A stretch of 64,000 nt of DNA from Eledone cirrhosa. Its lineage: Eukaryota. Shown piece after piece: positions 15,093-29,900 of this stretch (position 1 is its first letter; the number at the start of each line of letters is the position of its first letter). The stretch lies in contig OZ024742.1 in NCBI GenBank assembly GCA_964016885.1, forward strand, positions 247,070,001-247,134,000, given 5' to 3'. Below the pieces are notes generated by a model. The model had not been told where the DNA came from. It searched no databases and saw only the letters and a list, made by a program, of their open reading frames with translations. The translations under genes were made by a program, and so were the position numbers.

Positions 15093-15985
15093 GAAATATT
15101 GTGTACAGTGCTCAGGTGCACTACAACTCATTAAAGGTGCTTGTATAGTACATAGAATAATGTACAAATGTTAAGAAAATGAACAGTGTACGAGTCACAA
15201 AATACATGTGCGTATGTGTATGGAGGGAGACAACAGGTGTAGTGTAGGCGAATCTCAGAGAGCATGGAGGTTTTAAAGGATGAAGTGCCTTGACAGTTAA
15301 TAACTGATGCAGTTAGTTTGTTCCATGCTTCAGCAACACTGAGCGTGAAAAAATGTTTCCGAAAATCATGGGAGCTGTGCTGTTTTCTGACTTTGTTGGC
15401 ATGCCCACGTGTGTTAGACAGATGGAGGTCAAAAAGCTGCTCAGGGTTATTTTTGGCAAGATGGTTAATAATTTTGGGGGTGTTTACCAAGTCAGTTGCC
15501 AGACGTCGGAGCTTCAATGTATCCATACCCAGGGAAGCAAGGCGTTCAGAGTAGGGTAGATGCCCGATGGAGGGTATTCGCTTGGTTGCACGTCTCTGAA
15601 CAGTTTCCATGCGGTCAATGTTCTGAGCAAGATAGGGGTTCCAGACTGGTGATACAAATTCTAAGTGTGACCGCACCATAGCTATATACAGTTTTAAATA
15701 GATAGCTGGAGAACGGGTGACAAAGGTCTTGCTGAGTGATGCTAAGACACCCTCGGCCTTCTTGACAATTTTAGAGACTTGCTTCTACCAACGCAACTTG
15801 CTGCTGACAGTAATGCTCAGGTCATATTTACAAGAAGACTTCTTGATATTTGTGTTGTGGAGGGAGTATGTGGACGCTGGATTTTTAGTCCCAAAATGCA
15901 TGGTGGTACACTTGTCCACAGCCAACTTGTGTTGCCAGTCTGTGATCCATTATAGTGTTCAGGATCTGTCCTTTTCATCTCAAGG
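15093..15985 (-). mobile_element. CR1/L2-group LINE 3' fragment
   Basis: VRSHLEFVSPVWNPY..ETVQRRATKRI..YSERL..LRRL..DL..TRGH..RKHFFT..WNKL is the typical CR1/L2-group C-terminus. It ends in ATT repeats shared tail-to-tail with the Dong-like fragment. Confidence 0.85.
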
Positions 15986-16371
15986 TACAGCTTGTGTGTG
16001 TGAGCCTGTGTGTTTATCTGAACAGATAACGTGATTCTGCAGAGTTTTCGCGCAACATGTCCTCCAACGGAAGGTTTCAACCACCAGAAAGTAAGTTATA
16101 TTATTAAATTCAACCACATTTTTCATTCTTTTCAAAATAATTCGAAAGCGAAAGGGGGTGATTTTCATGAGAAATATGGTAACGAAAGGGTTATGGTACG
16201 ATACATGACATTGATTGAGTAGGGAAATAAAATAATGACAAGCAAATAAATATTTTTAATAATATTTAAAAAGTTTTAAGAGCAGCCTCCATGGATAAAA
16301 AGATAGGAATAAAAAATTTAAATATAATTTAGAGCATAAGGAAATTGATACACAGACAAGTCTCATGCATG

Positions 16372-16428
<57 letters not shown>

Positions 16429-17421
16429 ATTTGAAAAAATAAAAAACCCATGAGGATTATCATATATTTTGAAATATCGCAATAACGCATTGCATGACTT
16501 AGAGACACACATCAAAACACACTACAACACAATACACATACAAACATACATACATACACCCACATGAACAAACAGCACAAATCAACACACACCCCCCCAT
16601 ATCACACACATACGTACAACACACTATACACAATCCAAAAGTTATATTCACATATATCAACACAAAACTTTCACAAATACAAAGTACAATACAAAACGCA
16701 TAATTCCAATCCACACACACACGATTCAACACAAATGTCCCCCCCCCCCCCACACACACACACATATGTACATATCAGTACAAACGTATACACATATATC
16801 CACACACACTCACATTAACCTATTACGACATTCTAATAGAAATAGGAGACAATATTTTTCGAAAGTTTTCGTAGTTGAAAGTAAAACTCAATTCTTGCTT
16901 AACTGAATTCTCAGTTGCACGTCAATTAGCGAGATTTGAGCGCAGCTGAACAAGAATCTAAAGTTACTGATGACCGACAAAAATGATAAAAAATATATCA
17001 AGAATAATAACCCATCTGTTTCCCCACTCTACAACTCTCAAATTTATTCATTTACTAAATCTTAAGATTTTCAGAGTTATTAATTTTCATAATACTTAAG
17101 TTTGTTACATTTTTTCACTCCGTAAACATTCAATTAAACAGCATTTATGCGTGTCTCTGTATGTTTGAGTTTGCGTGTGTTGGTGTGTACGTATATATAT
17201 ATATATATATATAGACAGAGACATACATACATTAATACATACATACACTAATTGCCAATTCGTCATACAAAGTCTGCTAATATCCGAAATGTACACACAC
17301 ATATACAGTACATTGTGTGTACATTTACTGTTCAATAGGCTTCACTAAAGCTAAATCGCCTACATTTAGTTGTCAGGAGAAAACTCTAGTTTATCAAATC
17401 GCACATTACTCTCTCTCTCTG

Positions 17422-17516
<95 letters not shown>

Positions 17517-17570
17517 GTATATATATATAATATATGTGTGTATTTATATGTATATATATATATATATGTA

Positions 17571-17609
<39 letters not shown>

Positions 17610-17788
17610 TTGTGTGTATTTGTGTGGTGGGTAGGTGTGTATGTGTTTGAGTGTGTAGGTTCATGTATTTGTGAAGGCGTGTAGCCACACGCTATAGGCC
17701 ATTCACGTCATTAAGCATCAATTCTAACACCGTGCTCCATAATTATTTGTGTATTAATTAGTAATTAGTATGTTTTAGCCATCATATT

Positions 17789-17932
<144 letters not shown>

Positions 17933-17940
17933 TTATACAC

Positions 17941-20955
<3,015 letters not shown>

Positions 20956-21279
20956 CTGCCAGATGGTTGAACGTCTGAAAGTATATACTTTTCTTATGCA
21001 TATTAACGGCAGAGCAGCCTAATTTGCATATCGAGTGAGTTCAGTCGGCTGGGCACATCGAAAACGAAAAACTGGAATAGAATGAAACGAAATTTCATTT
21101 CTCACTCTTAGTATAGATATAGGTAACGTATATACCTTTTCACATACATCCCTATTTTGAACCATGCAGCATTACTTAAACTGATAATATATATAAATAT
21201 ATATAGACATTTACATATATAAAAAAATATGGAGGAGTACCCAGTAGACCTGATACTTTGAATGTTCCCCGGTTTTCTA

Positions 21280-21570
21280 CTAAAGAGAATCACTCCAGGT
21301 GTAGCCGCTACTTCTCCGAATTTAGAGATCACAGCTCCAATACTATAGGCATGTGGTTAGAATGTCTAAGGAAAGACTCGCTGGACAGACTTTACGGGCG
21401 AAACCAACAGGTAGGAGACCCAAGGGTAGACCCTGAGCAAGATGTTGGATAACATCAATGAGCCTGCCTGGTCATGCTTGGGGATCCAGCCGGATCATTT
21501 GAAGACGGTTGCTTCTGATGGAACCCACTGGAGGAAATGTTTGAGGATTTTTCCCCCACGACCCTATCAG

Positions 21571-21571
<1 letters not shown>
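21280..21571 (+). mobile_element. RTE-clade (Expander/Rex3-like) LINE 3' fragment
   Basis: Manual translation from 21302 gives *PLLLRI*RSQLQYYRHVVRMSKERL..PTGRRPKGRP*, ending ..LRIFPPRP; followed by an (AAT)12 tail at 21572-21607. Confidence 0.75.
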
Positions 21572-21607
<36 letters not shown>

Positions 21608-21609
<2 letters not shown>

Positions 21610-23160
21610 TTTCTTTATTAACCACAAGGGTTTACACAAAGTAGACATTAAGGACAGTACAGGACAGTACAGGACAAAAGGGCATTTCTGCGTGTAAAAA
21701 AAAAACAGAAGATGTAACAAAAAAAGAAAACAATGAAGAATTCCCCAATAGAGGGGAGACTTCCGAGGGACATTCGTGGAGAAAACCCATTAAAAAAAAT
21801 TCACGGTGACCCAGACCACCAGGGCAAGTGCCCTCTCCTAGTTTTCCACCTTTAATTTACAGGCACATATTCAGAGTAGGACCATTCACAGGGCCATTTT
21901 TGCGTCTCTCACCCATCTTTCAACAAAATGATGGGAAGAGAGCACTTCCCTCTCTACCCTGATTTTACTTTTTAAATGAAATTTGAAAAAGTTAATCAGG
22001 GCATCACCGAAGAGGTAAGTGCTCGTCTTCAGCCCTTTCAAACGTGTCCACCATACTATCTCTTTCGCCATGGCCACCAGACAGATAAAAATTGCCTGCC
22101 CTTCCCGGTTAAAGGAAGAGGGCGGGGCAATACTCACGATGAACTCAGCTGATAGCTGGATTCGTCTTACACGCGACAGCAGGTGTTCGACATAAACCCA
22201 CAAGTCAGCAATGCTCGGACACTGGAATAGTGCGTGCAGGACGGTTTTGTCGCCACTGCGTGCATCTCGGACATGCTCGGCTGACGGCACCTTCATGCCT
22301 GTAGAGTTTATCCCGAACTGGCAAAGTTCCTCGGTAGCACTGCCAGGCCATGGATTTCTGGAAGTTGTCCATAGGCCCCGGTCCGAAAGTTCTTCAGAAG
22401 GGATTGGCTACTTGATTTTCGTCGACGCCTAGAGTTTCCCCAAGTACGTCATCGCTGTTCCCTGCCTCTCCAGGTGCCGAGCTGCAGGCCCACCGACTTT
22501 TCCTGGTTCACCATGGCTTCTGTCACCGCTTCGTATTCTCTTAGTGTAGTGCCGATCGCCTCGATGTATTTGGCGTTCGACACCACTACGGTGACATCGT
22601 CGGCATATGCTGACACGGATCTTCCGCATCCTAGTTCGCGCGGGATCCCGCTCAACGTCTCCAGTGTGTGCAGTAATTGCTCGAGAGTCAATACGTACAA
22701 GAAGGACGCGAGGGGACATCCTTGGCGGACCGAGCGCATGATGTTGAACGGTTCCGAAAGATGACCGTTCACTCTCACTACAGAGCAGATGTCGCTGTGC
22801 ATGGCAGCGATCCAGCCTCTGAAGACGGGCCCAAAGCCAGCCGCCCTCAGGACTGCCGCTAGGTAACGATGGTCGACCCTATCGAAGGCTTTCGACTGAT
22901 CTAAATTGATCAAAGACCCACCCGTGCCAGGTTCCCTAGCTACCCTCTCTACGATGTATCGCATGAGGTGGAGGTTGTCGTGGATGGATCTGTCGGGAAT
23001 GGCGCATGTCTGTGCCTCTCCCACCAGACCACCAACGACAAGCGCCAACCTCTTTGCTAGCACCTTGGCCAATATCTTGAACTCTGTGTTTAGCAGAGTT
23101 ATGGGCCTAAAATTATCTATGTTATCCCCCTTGTTCGGATCCTTTCTCAGCAGCGCCACC
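21608..23160 (-). mobile_element. 3' half of a minus-strand Tx1 copy (RT core to 3'UTR, internal deletion at ~22460)
   Basis: Starts at VALLRKDPNKG and contains FRPITLLN, KAFDRV and YADD; the 3'UTR ends aataaagaaatc(att)n at 21608. Confidence 0.92.
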
Positions 23161-24543
23161 AGACGGACAAAAACTGGGACGAGGTGACGAGCAGGGTGGT
23201 TTCTCTCACCCAAAAATGGGCCGAGAGGAAGCTATCCCTGAAAGGTCGAGCGGAGGTGGCGAATGTGTACATCGCATCCGTCATCTACTACGGCCTGACC
23301 GTCGTACCTTGTCCTAAGTCCCGCCTGACTGCGCTGGAGCGTTTGCTCTTTCGCTTGTTTGTAGAAGGGACGCGCTCCGATGGTCAGGCGGTCCATCTGC
23401 TGTCAACACCCGCTACGTGGAGGGCTGGGTATGCCGTGGCTGATGATGCGCAGACACGCGCTCAGGCTACGACATCTCCACCTCTTCCTCGACGGTGATC
23501 AGGTGTGGTCGCCGTTTGCTAGACACGTTTTTCCCCAGCTCGTCTCCTTGACGGAGCTGCAGTCCTGGGTCAAGCGAAGACCGAGAGGGAGCGCTTGGAG
23601 ACTGGAATGTCTTCAGGCGCTCACAGCCCTCGACCAATCGGGCAATGTGATCGGTGGAAACTCCACCTTGGCGTTCTATAGGGGATTAGTGGAGGGGAAG
23701 AGCGACGACGTACTTGGAGAAACTCTAGGCGTCGACGAAAATCAACTAGCCAATCTCTTCGGAAGGACTTTCGGGCCGGGGCCTATGGACAACTTCCAGA
23801 AATCCATGGCCTGGCAGTGCTACCGAGGAGCTTTGCCAGTTCGGGATAAACTCTACAGGCATGGAGGTGCCGTCAGCCGGGCATGTCCGAGATGCGCGCA
23901 GGGCGACGAAACCGTCCTGCACGCACTCGTCCAGTGTCCGAGCATTGCTGACTTGTGGGTTTATGTCGAACACCTGCTGTCACGTGTAGGACGGATCCAG
24001 CTATCAGCTGAGTCCATCGTGAGGATTGCCCCGCCCCCTTCCTTTAGCCGGGAAGGGCAGGCAGTTTTTATCTGTCTGGTGGCCATGGCGAAAGAGATAG
24101 TATGGTGGACACGTTTGAAAGGGCTGAAGACGAGCACTTACCTCTTCGGTGATGCCCTGATTAACTTTTTCAAATTTCATCTGAAAAGGAAAATCAGGGT
24201 AGAGAGGGAAGTGCTCTCTTCCCAGCATTTTGTTGAAAGATGGGTGAGAGAAGCAAGTATGGCCCGAATGAATGGGCCTTCTCTGAGTATGTGTCTGTAA
24301 ATTAAAGGTGGAAAACTGGGAGAGGGCACTTGCCCTGGTGGTCAGGGCCACTGTGGTCTTTTAATGGGCTTTCTCCACAAATGTCCCTCGGAAGTCTCCC
24401 CCCTATTGGGGAATTTTTCTTTGTTATTTTATTTCATCCTCTGTTTTTTTTACACGCAGAAATGCCCATTTGTCCCGTCCTGTATTGTCCTGTACTGTCC
24501 TTAATGTCTACTTTATGTAAACCCTCGTGTTTAATAAAGAAAA

Positions 24544-24544
<1 letters not shown>
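23161..24544 (+). mobile_element. 5'-truncated Tx1 copy (ORF2 C-terminus + 3'UTR), leading unit of the array
   Basis: QTDKNWDEV..CPRCAQGDETVLHALVQC..stop at 24300, 3'UTR, then (ATT)10 at 24545-24574. More diverged than the five full copies. Confidence 0.93.
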
Positions 24545-24574
<30 letters not shown>

Positions 24575-24787
24575 GAATGCCATGGTTGACGGAGGCTCGG
24601 CTCTGTAAGGTATAGTAATTTTTAACCGTTAAAACAATTGTAAATTGTTTAAAACTTGAACCAAATTGTTGATAAAGACACCCTCCTCCTCGTGAGAGGG
24701 GTCTTTCTGTCCGTTATTTGGCCCTTCGGGGTTAAATAACCAGTTATTGGGGTTTTGTACCCAAAATTTCATTTTAAACAAAAAAAC

Positions 24788-26887
24788 ATGGCTACCAAAA
24801 AAAAAAAATTTCATACGTCACTCCCACTCATTCCGTCTTCTTCTTCCTCAATCATCACTACAGGAGAGAGAAGATTGTCTCTCTCCCTCCCTTCTTTAAA
24901 TGTGTCTCTCTCCCTACCTTCTCTTTCGCAAGCGACGAAAGAAAAGAAAAGTCTCGTGCAAAGCGTGCAAGGTTTCTCCACGACGACGACGACAGCGACG
25001 AAACAGGTGTGCGGGAAATACGAAAACCCAGTTCATTCGTCTGACGTCAGGAATAATAGCAGTAGCAGCCGTAATAACAACAGCAACAGTGACAATGAAA
25101 ACAACAGTAGCAGCCGCAACAGCATCACCAGCAGCATAAACAACAACAGCATTAGCAGCAGCAACACCAACAACAACCACAGCAACAGCGGCGGAGGCAG
25201 TAGTCGTAGTACCTGCAGCAACAACAAAAGTACCAGCAGCTCTGACGACAACAACAACAGCAGAGAAAAACCAATCTCATTTGCAGGTATTGCGAAAAAC
25301 CTGGAAACAATCCTCATAACAAATGAGGAATTAGAGGAAGCGAAGAAGATGGTGACAAAGAACGGACACCGAGCAATCTGCAAGGCAGCGAAAAATTTTT
25401 TCGAAACCCAAGAGCACTGTACGGTCACGTACCGTACAGTAAGTACAAAATCCCGTAGGGTGGAAAGAGCCACAGAGGCCCAAATACAAAAAGCCTTGGG
25501 GTCTGTGTGGCAGAGGAAAACGCACATCACCCGAGGCAAAAAATACGCCACCGTAGACGTACTTTTTGCCACACCCCAGGAGGCAAAGGCCCAATCAATA
25601 GTGACCCTAAGGAGCGAGGAAATGGTGTTGGTGCCCTCCTACTGCGGGCAAAAAATTGTGAGGGTCAAACTGACCCACGTCCCCCCCGGAATGACCCCTT
25701 CTTGGCTGGCCGCGTCTGTCCTCGTCGGAATCGAGGACAAAACAACTGTACTGCAAGTACAGAAAAAAGTAAGAGAAGATTGGGTCGGCTCCTCCATTGA
25801 GATGCTAATCCAAACCAACCAGGAGTGCATCGAAGCTATCCCGGATGTGATAGACTTCGATAACGGCACTCAACTGCCCATAAGTGTTGAGGGCAAACGC
25901 CCGAAATGCTTTCGCTGTGGATCGAAGACTCACCTCAGGGCCTTCTGCAACGAGAAGACCCTGAGAAAGGAGAAAACCCCCCTCCTCCCGAATCCGGTTC
26001 CACGGCTACCAGCAACAGGACAAGCGGCAACCAGGAACGATAGGTCCGTGGCACCCATACCCACTCCACGGAAATCAAAGACAGCAGCAGCAGTGGAAAT
26101 ATTAACAACAACAACAGCAATACCAAATGCAGCTGCAACAGAGACTCCAGTGCAAACATCACCAACAACAACAAGTGAAAGAGTGGAGCTGGTACCCCTC
26201 CCCGACCTTACAGAATCAGACATGGAGTGTGAGGTGGGAGAGGGATGGCAAAAGGTCTCAAGAAGGCACAAACGCAGAAGCAGCGCATCGTCGCCTTTGA
26301 AAAGGGAGGAAAGAAATGAGAAAAGGGTAAAGTCTACTGCAAAGAGACCCACAGCAGCAACACCACCAACACCATCACCACCCACACCAGCACCACCATC
26401 ACCACCGGCGACAACCCCACCGCCAACAACACCTTCAACACCACCACCACAAGCACCAACATCGCAAACACAACAACAAAACACACACACCCAGCAACAA
26501 CGACAAGAAAATAGCAGAACCACACCCCACCCCCAGAAAAACAAATGCACGGCAATAAACACACACAACAAGAAACTAATGACTTACATAATTGAACACA
26601 CAGACATTTCACAACAGGACTACATAATACCAGCACCAATCAAAACGCCAACTAACATAAGACTGCTAAAAATAGCACAGAAACAATACACAAACATTAA
26701 AACGAAATTCCCCAACGCAGTTGGTGATTTCAGGGACCTAGGAGGAACCATTAATCGAAGAGTATATTCAGACATTCTCTTAGAAGAGCCGACGACCAGC
26801 CGAAGGGACGATTCAACGGTCCCTTCACCAGACGATCAAGTGAAAAGGGATGTAAAAACCATCCCTCCTCTACCAAAAATACGGTAA
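24788..26887 (+). CDS. Tx1 ORF1 nucleic-acid-binding (gag-like) protein, copy 1
   Basis: First ATG at 24788 (MATKKKKF; the ORF track starts at an upstream TTG). N/S-rich N-terminus, ISFAGIAK, CCHC knuckle CFRCGSKTHLRAFC, basic WQKVSRRHKRR, P/T-rich region. Confidence 0.9.
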   Translation: MATKKKKFHTSLPLIPSSSSSIITTGERRLSLSLPSLNVSLSLPSLSQATKEKKSLVQSVQGFSTTTTTATKQVCGKYENPVHSSDVRNNSSSSRNNNSNSDNENNSSSRNSITSSINNNSISSSNTNNNHSNSGGGSSRSTCSNNKSTSSSDDNNNSREKPISFAGIAKNLETILITNEELEEAKKMVTKNGHRAICKAAKNFFETQEHCTVTYRTVSTKSRRVERATEAQIQKALGSVWQRKTHITRGKKYATVDVLFATPQEAKAQSIVTLRSEEMVLVPSYCGQKIVRVKLTHVPPGMTPSWLAASVLVGIEDKTTVLQVQKKVREDWVGSSIEMLIQTNQECIEAIPDVIDFDNGTQLPISVEGKRPKCFRCGSKTHLRAFCNEKTLRKEKTPLLPNPVPRLPATGQAATRNDRSVAPIPTPRKSKTAAAVEILTTTTAIPNAAATETPVQTSPTTTSERVELVPLPDLTESDMECEVGEGWQKVSRRHKRRSSASSPLKREERNEKRVKSTAKRPTAATPPTPSPPTPAPPSPPATTPPPTTPSTPPPQAPTSQTQQQNTHTQQQRQENSRTTPHPQKNKCTAINTHNKKLMTYIIEHTDISQQDYIIPAPIKTPTNIRLLKIAQKQYTNIKTKFPNAVGDFRDLGGTINRRVYSDILLEEPTTSRRDDSTVPSPDDQVKRDVKTIPPLPKIR

Positions 26888-26922
26888 GTGGTCTTTCCCA
26901 TCTTTTCCACTCTATTTTAAAC

Positions 26923-29900
26923 ATGACCTCACTCAGAATAGGCAGCATAAATGCGCGTGGCTTGGGGTCGTCATGGAAGCAGGGTCACCTGCTCAACGAC
27001 CTCAGGTCACTAAACATAGATGTAGTGGCCATCAGCGAGACCAGAATCTCCGAAGCACGGGCCTTCGCACCGATCTTCGGCGGCTACGATGTGTACGCAT
27101 CTCCCAGCCGTCCTGGATCGGGTGGAGGAGTTGCTGTGCTTTTTCGGAGAGGTTTGGATCTCGCCATACGGGCCATCTTCCTGGACCCAGAGGGTAAGCT
27201 GGTGGTGCTGGACGTGACCAGCGGAGACGGGCAAGCTTTCAGGCTAGTGGCCGTCTATGCCCCGACAGGAGCAGGGCGGCCTGATTTCTTCCGGCGTCTG
27301 GAGACCTTTCTTGGAACGTCGCGCTCTTTAGTGTTAGTGGGCGACTGGAACGGGATCTTAGATGCACGCTGGGACTGTGTGGGATTAGCGGATAGGGGTG
27401 GAGGGTGCAAGAGCCTCACCAACCTGCTCAGGCGTTTTGAACTGTCTGACAGGTACCGATTGGATTTCCCGAATGTGCCAATGTGGACTTGGACAAACCG
27501 CATAGGGTCATCCAGATCATATCTAGATAGAGTATTTTGTAGGGAAATAGATAGGTCTAGCATAGGCTGTCCACAATTCAAGATAGTCAGCTACACGGAC
27601 CACAAATTCGTGATCTGTGTGCTTGACTTAGATAGGCTTCATAGACGAGGACCCGGCTACTGGAAGCTAAACGCGTCCTTACCAGCGCGCAAGGCCTACA
27701 GAGACCGGATTAGCGAACTAGTTAAGCGGGCGTTGACGGGGGCCATCGTCAACAACAAGTGGTGGTTTGCTCTGAAAAGAGCGATTAGAATAGAATCGAT
27801 TAGGTTTAGTAAGGCTTTAGCAATAGAGAAAAATAGAGCAGAGGGAGAACTAGTTAGAAAATTAGACGAGGCGCTTAGCAAAGGCATTGCGACCGACGTG
27901 CTTGCGGCGAAATTGGCCCTTGACCAATTCTTCAATGCAAAGCACGAAGGCTGCGTTGTCAGAGCTAGGGTGCGTGCTCTCAGACACGAGGGGACGAAAG
28001 CCGTTCAATGGGCCCGAGTGGCGGAGGCGCGTCGTGGCAACAAAGCCACGATCCGGTCTTTGGTGGACCACGACGGGCGCATGCTACTCGATCCCGGGCA
28101 AATGTGTGAAGCTTTTCAGCGACACTTCGCTCAGCTGTTCGGGGGCAGCGGGGGGCCGGGTAGAGGGATGGACTTTAGTGTCTACCTCGACGGACTGCCG
28201 CGGCTCTCGGCCACTGAGGCGAAGTGTTGCGAAAAGCCGATAACAGCCGCTGAAGTAAGGGAGGCAATGACTGGCTGCACAAGGGGTAAATCGCCTGGTT
28301 TGGATGGTCTGCCCTATGAACTTTACGTACAGATGCCAGACTTGTTCGGAGGCCTCTTGGCGGACGTCTACTGCAACTGGCAACAGAACGGGAGAATTCC
28401 CAGTTCTGTGAGCCGAGGAGCGGTGGCACTGCTGAGAAAGGATCCGAACAAGGGGGATAACATAGACAATTTCCGGCCCATAACTCTGCTAAACACAGAG
28501 TTTAAGATTTTGGCCAAGGTGCTAGCAAAGAGGTTGGCGCTTGTCGTTGGTGGTCTGGTGGGAGAGGCGCAGACATGCGCCATTCCCGACAGATCCATCC
28601 ACGACAACCTCCACCTCATGCGATACATCGTAGAGAGGGTAGCTAGGGAACCTGGCACGGGTGGGTCCTTGATCAATTTAGATCAGTCGAAAGCTTTCGA
28701 TAGGGTCGACCATCGTTACCTAGCGGCAGTCCTGAGGGCGGCTGGCTTTGGGCCCGTCTTCAGAGGCTGGATCGCTGCCATGCACAGCGACATCTGCTCT
28801 GTGGTGAGAGTGAACGGTCACCTGTCGGAACCGTTCAACATCATGCGCTCGGTCCGCCAAGGATGTCCCCTCTCGTCCCTCTTGTACGTATTGACTCTCG
28901 AGCCATTACTGCACAAACTGGAGACGTTGAGGGGAGTCCCGCGCGAACTAGGATGCGGAAGATCCGTGTCAGCATATGCGGACGATGTCACCGTAGTGGT
29001 GTCGAACGCCAAACACATCGAGGCGATCGGCACTACACTAAGAGAATACGAAGCGGTGACAGGAGCAATGATCAACCAGGAAAAGTCAGTGGGCCTGCAG
29101 CTCGGCACCTGGAGAGGCAGGTCCATGCCGTCCAACAGCGTCGTCGGGCGCTGGACGGACGGACCGGTTAAATTGCTAGGGGTCTGGTTCGGTCCGGACC
29201 TCCAGACGGACAAAAACTGGGACGAGGTGACGAGCAGGGTGGCTTCTCTCACCCAGAAATGGGCGGAGAGGAAGCTATCCCTGAAAGGTCGAGCGGAGGT
29301 GGCTAACGCGTACATCGCGTCTGTCATCTGCTACCGCCTAACCGTCGTACCTTGTTCTAAGCCTCGCCTGACTGCGCTGGAGCGTTTGCTCTTTCGCTTT
29401 TTGTGGAAGGGACGTGCTCCGATGGTCAGGCGGTCCATCTGTTGTCAACACCCGCTACGTGGAGGGCTGGGCATGCCGTGGCTGATGATGCGCAGGCACG
29501 CGCTCAGGCTACGACATCTCCACCTCTTCCTCGACGGTGATCAGGTGTGGTCGCCGTTTGCTAGACGCGTTTTTCCCCAGCTCGTTTCCTTGACGGAGCT
29601 GCAGTCCTGGGTCAAGCGAAGACCGAGAGGGAGCGCCTGGAGACTGGAATGTCTTCAGGCGCTCACAGCCCTCGACCAATCGGGCAATGTGATCGGTGGA
29701 AACTCCACCTCGGCGTTCTATAGAGGATTAGTGGAGGGGAAGAGCGACGACGTACTTGGGGAAACTCTAGGCGTCGACGAAAATCAACTAGCCAATCTCT
29801 TCGGAAGAACCTTCGGGCCGGGGCCTATGGACAACTTCCAGAAATCTCTGGCCTGGCAGTGCTACCGAGGAGCCTTGCCAGTTCGGGATAAACTCTACAG

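Noticed and set aside
22460-24544. Simple twin-priming 5' inversion
   Set aside because: The geometry superficially fits, but the inverted part continues into its own 3'UTR and tail, and its breakpoint is reciprocal to 55371, which favours the nested-insertion model.
24678-24706. HDV-like ribozyme (TCCTCGT resembles loop L3)
   Set aside because: No P1 partner for the element's 5' G following P3, and no recognisable J4/2 or P2.
25033-26639. Antisense L/V/G-rich ORFs within ORF1, and short ORFs crossing the ATT spacers
   Set aside because: Shadows of low-complexity ORF1 codons and of the stop-free TTA/AAT frames. They recur only because the unit is repeated.
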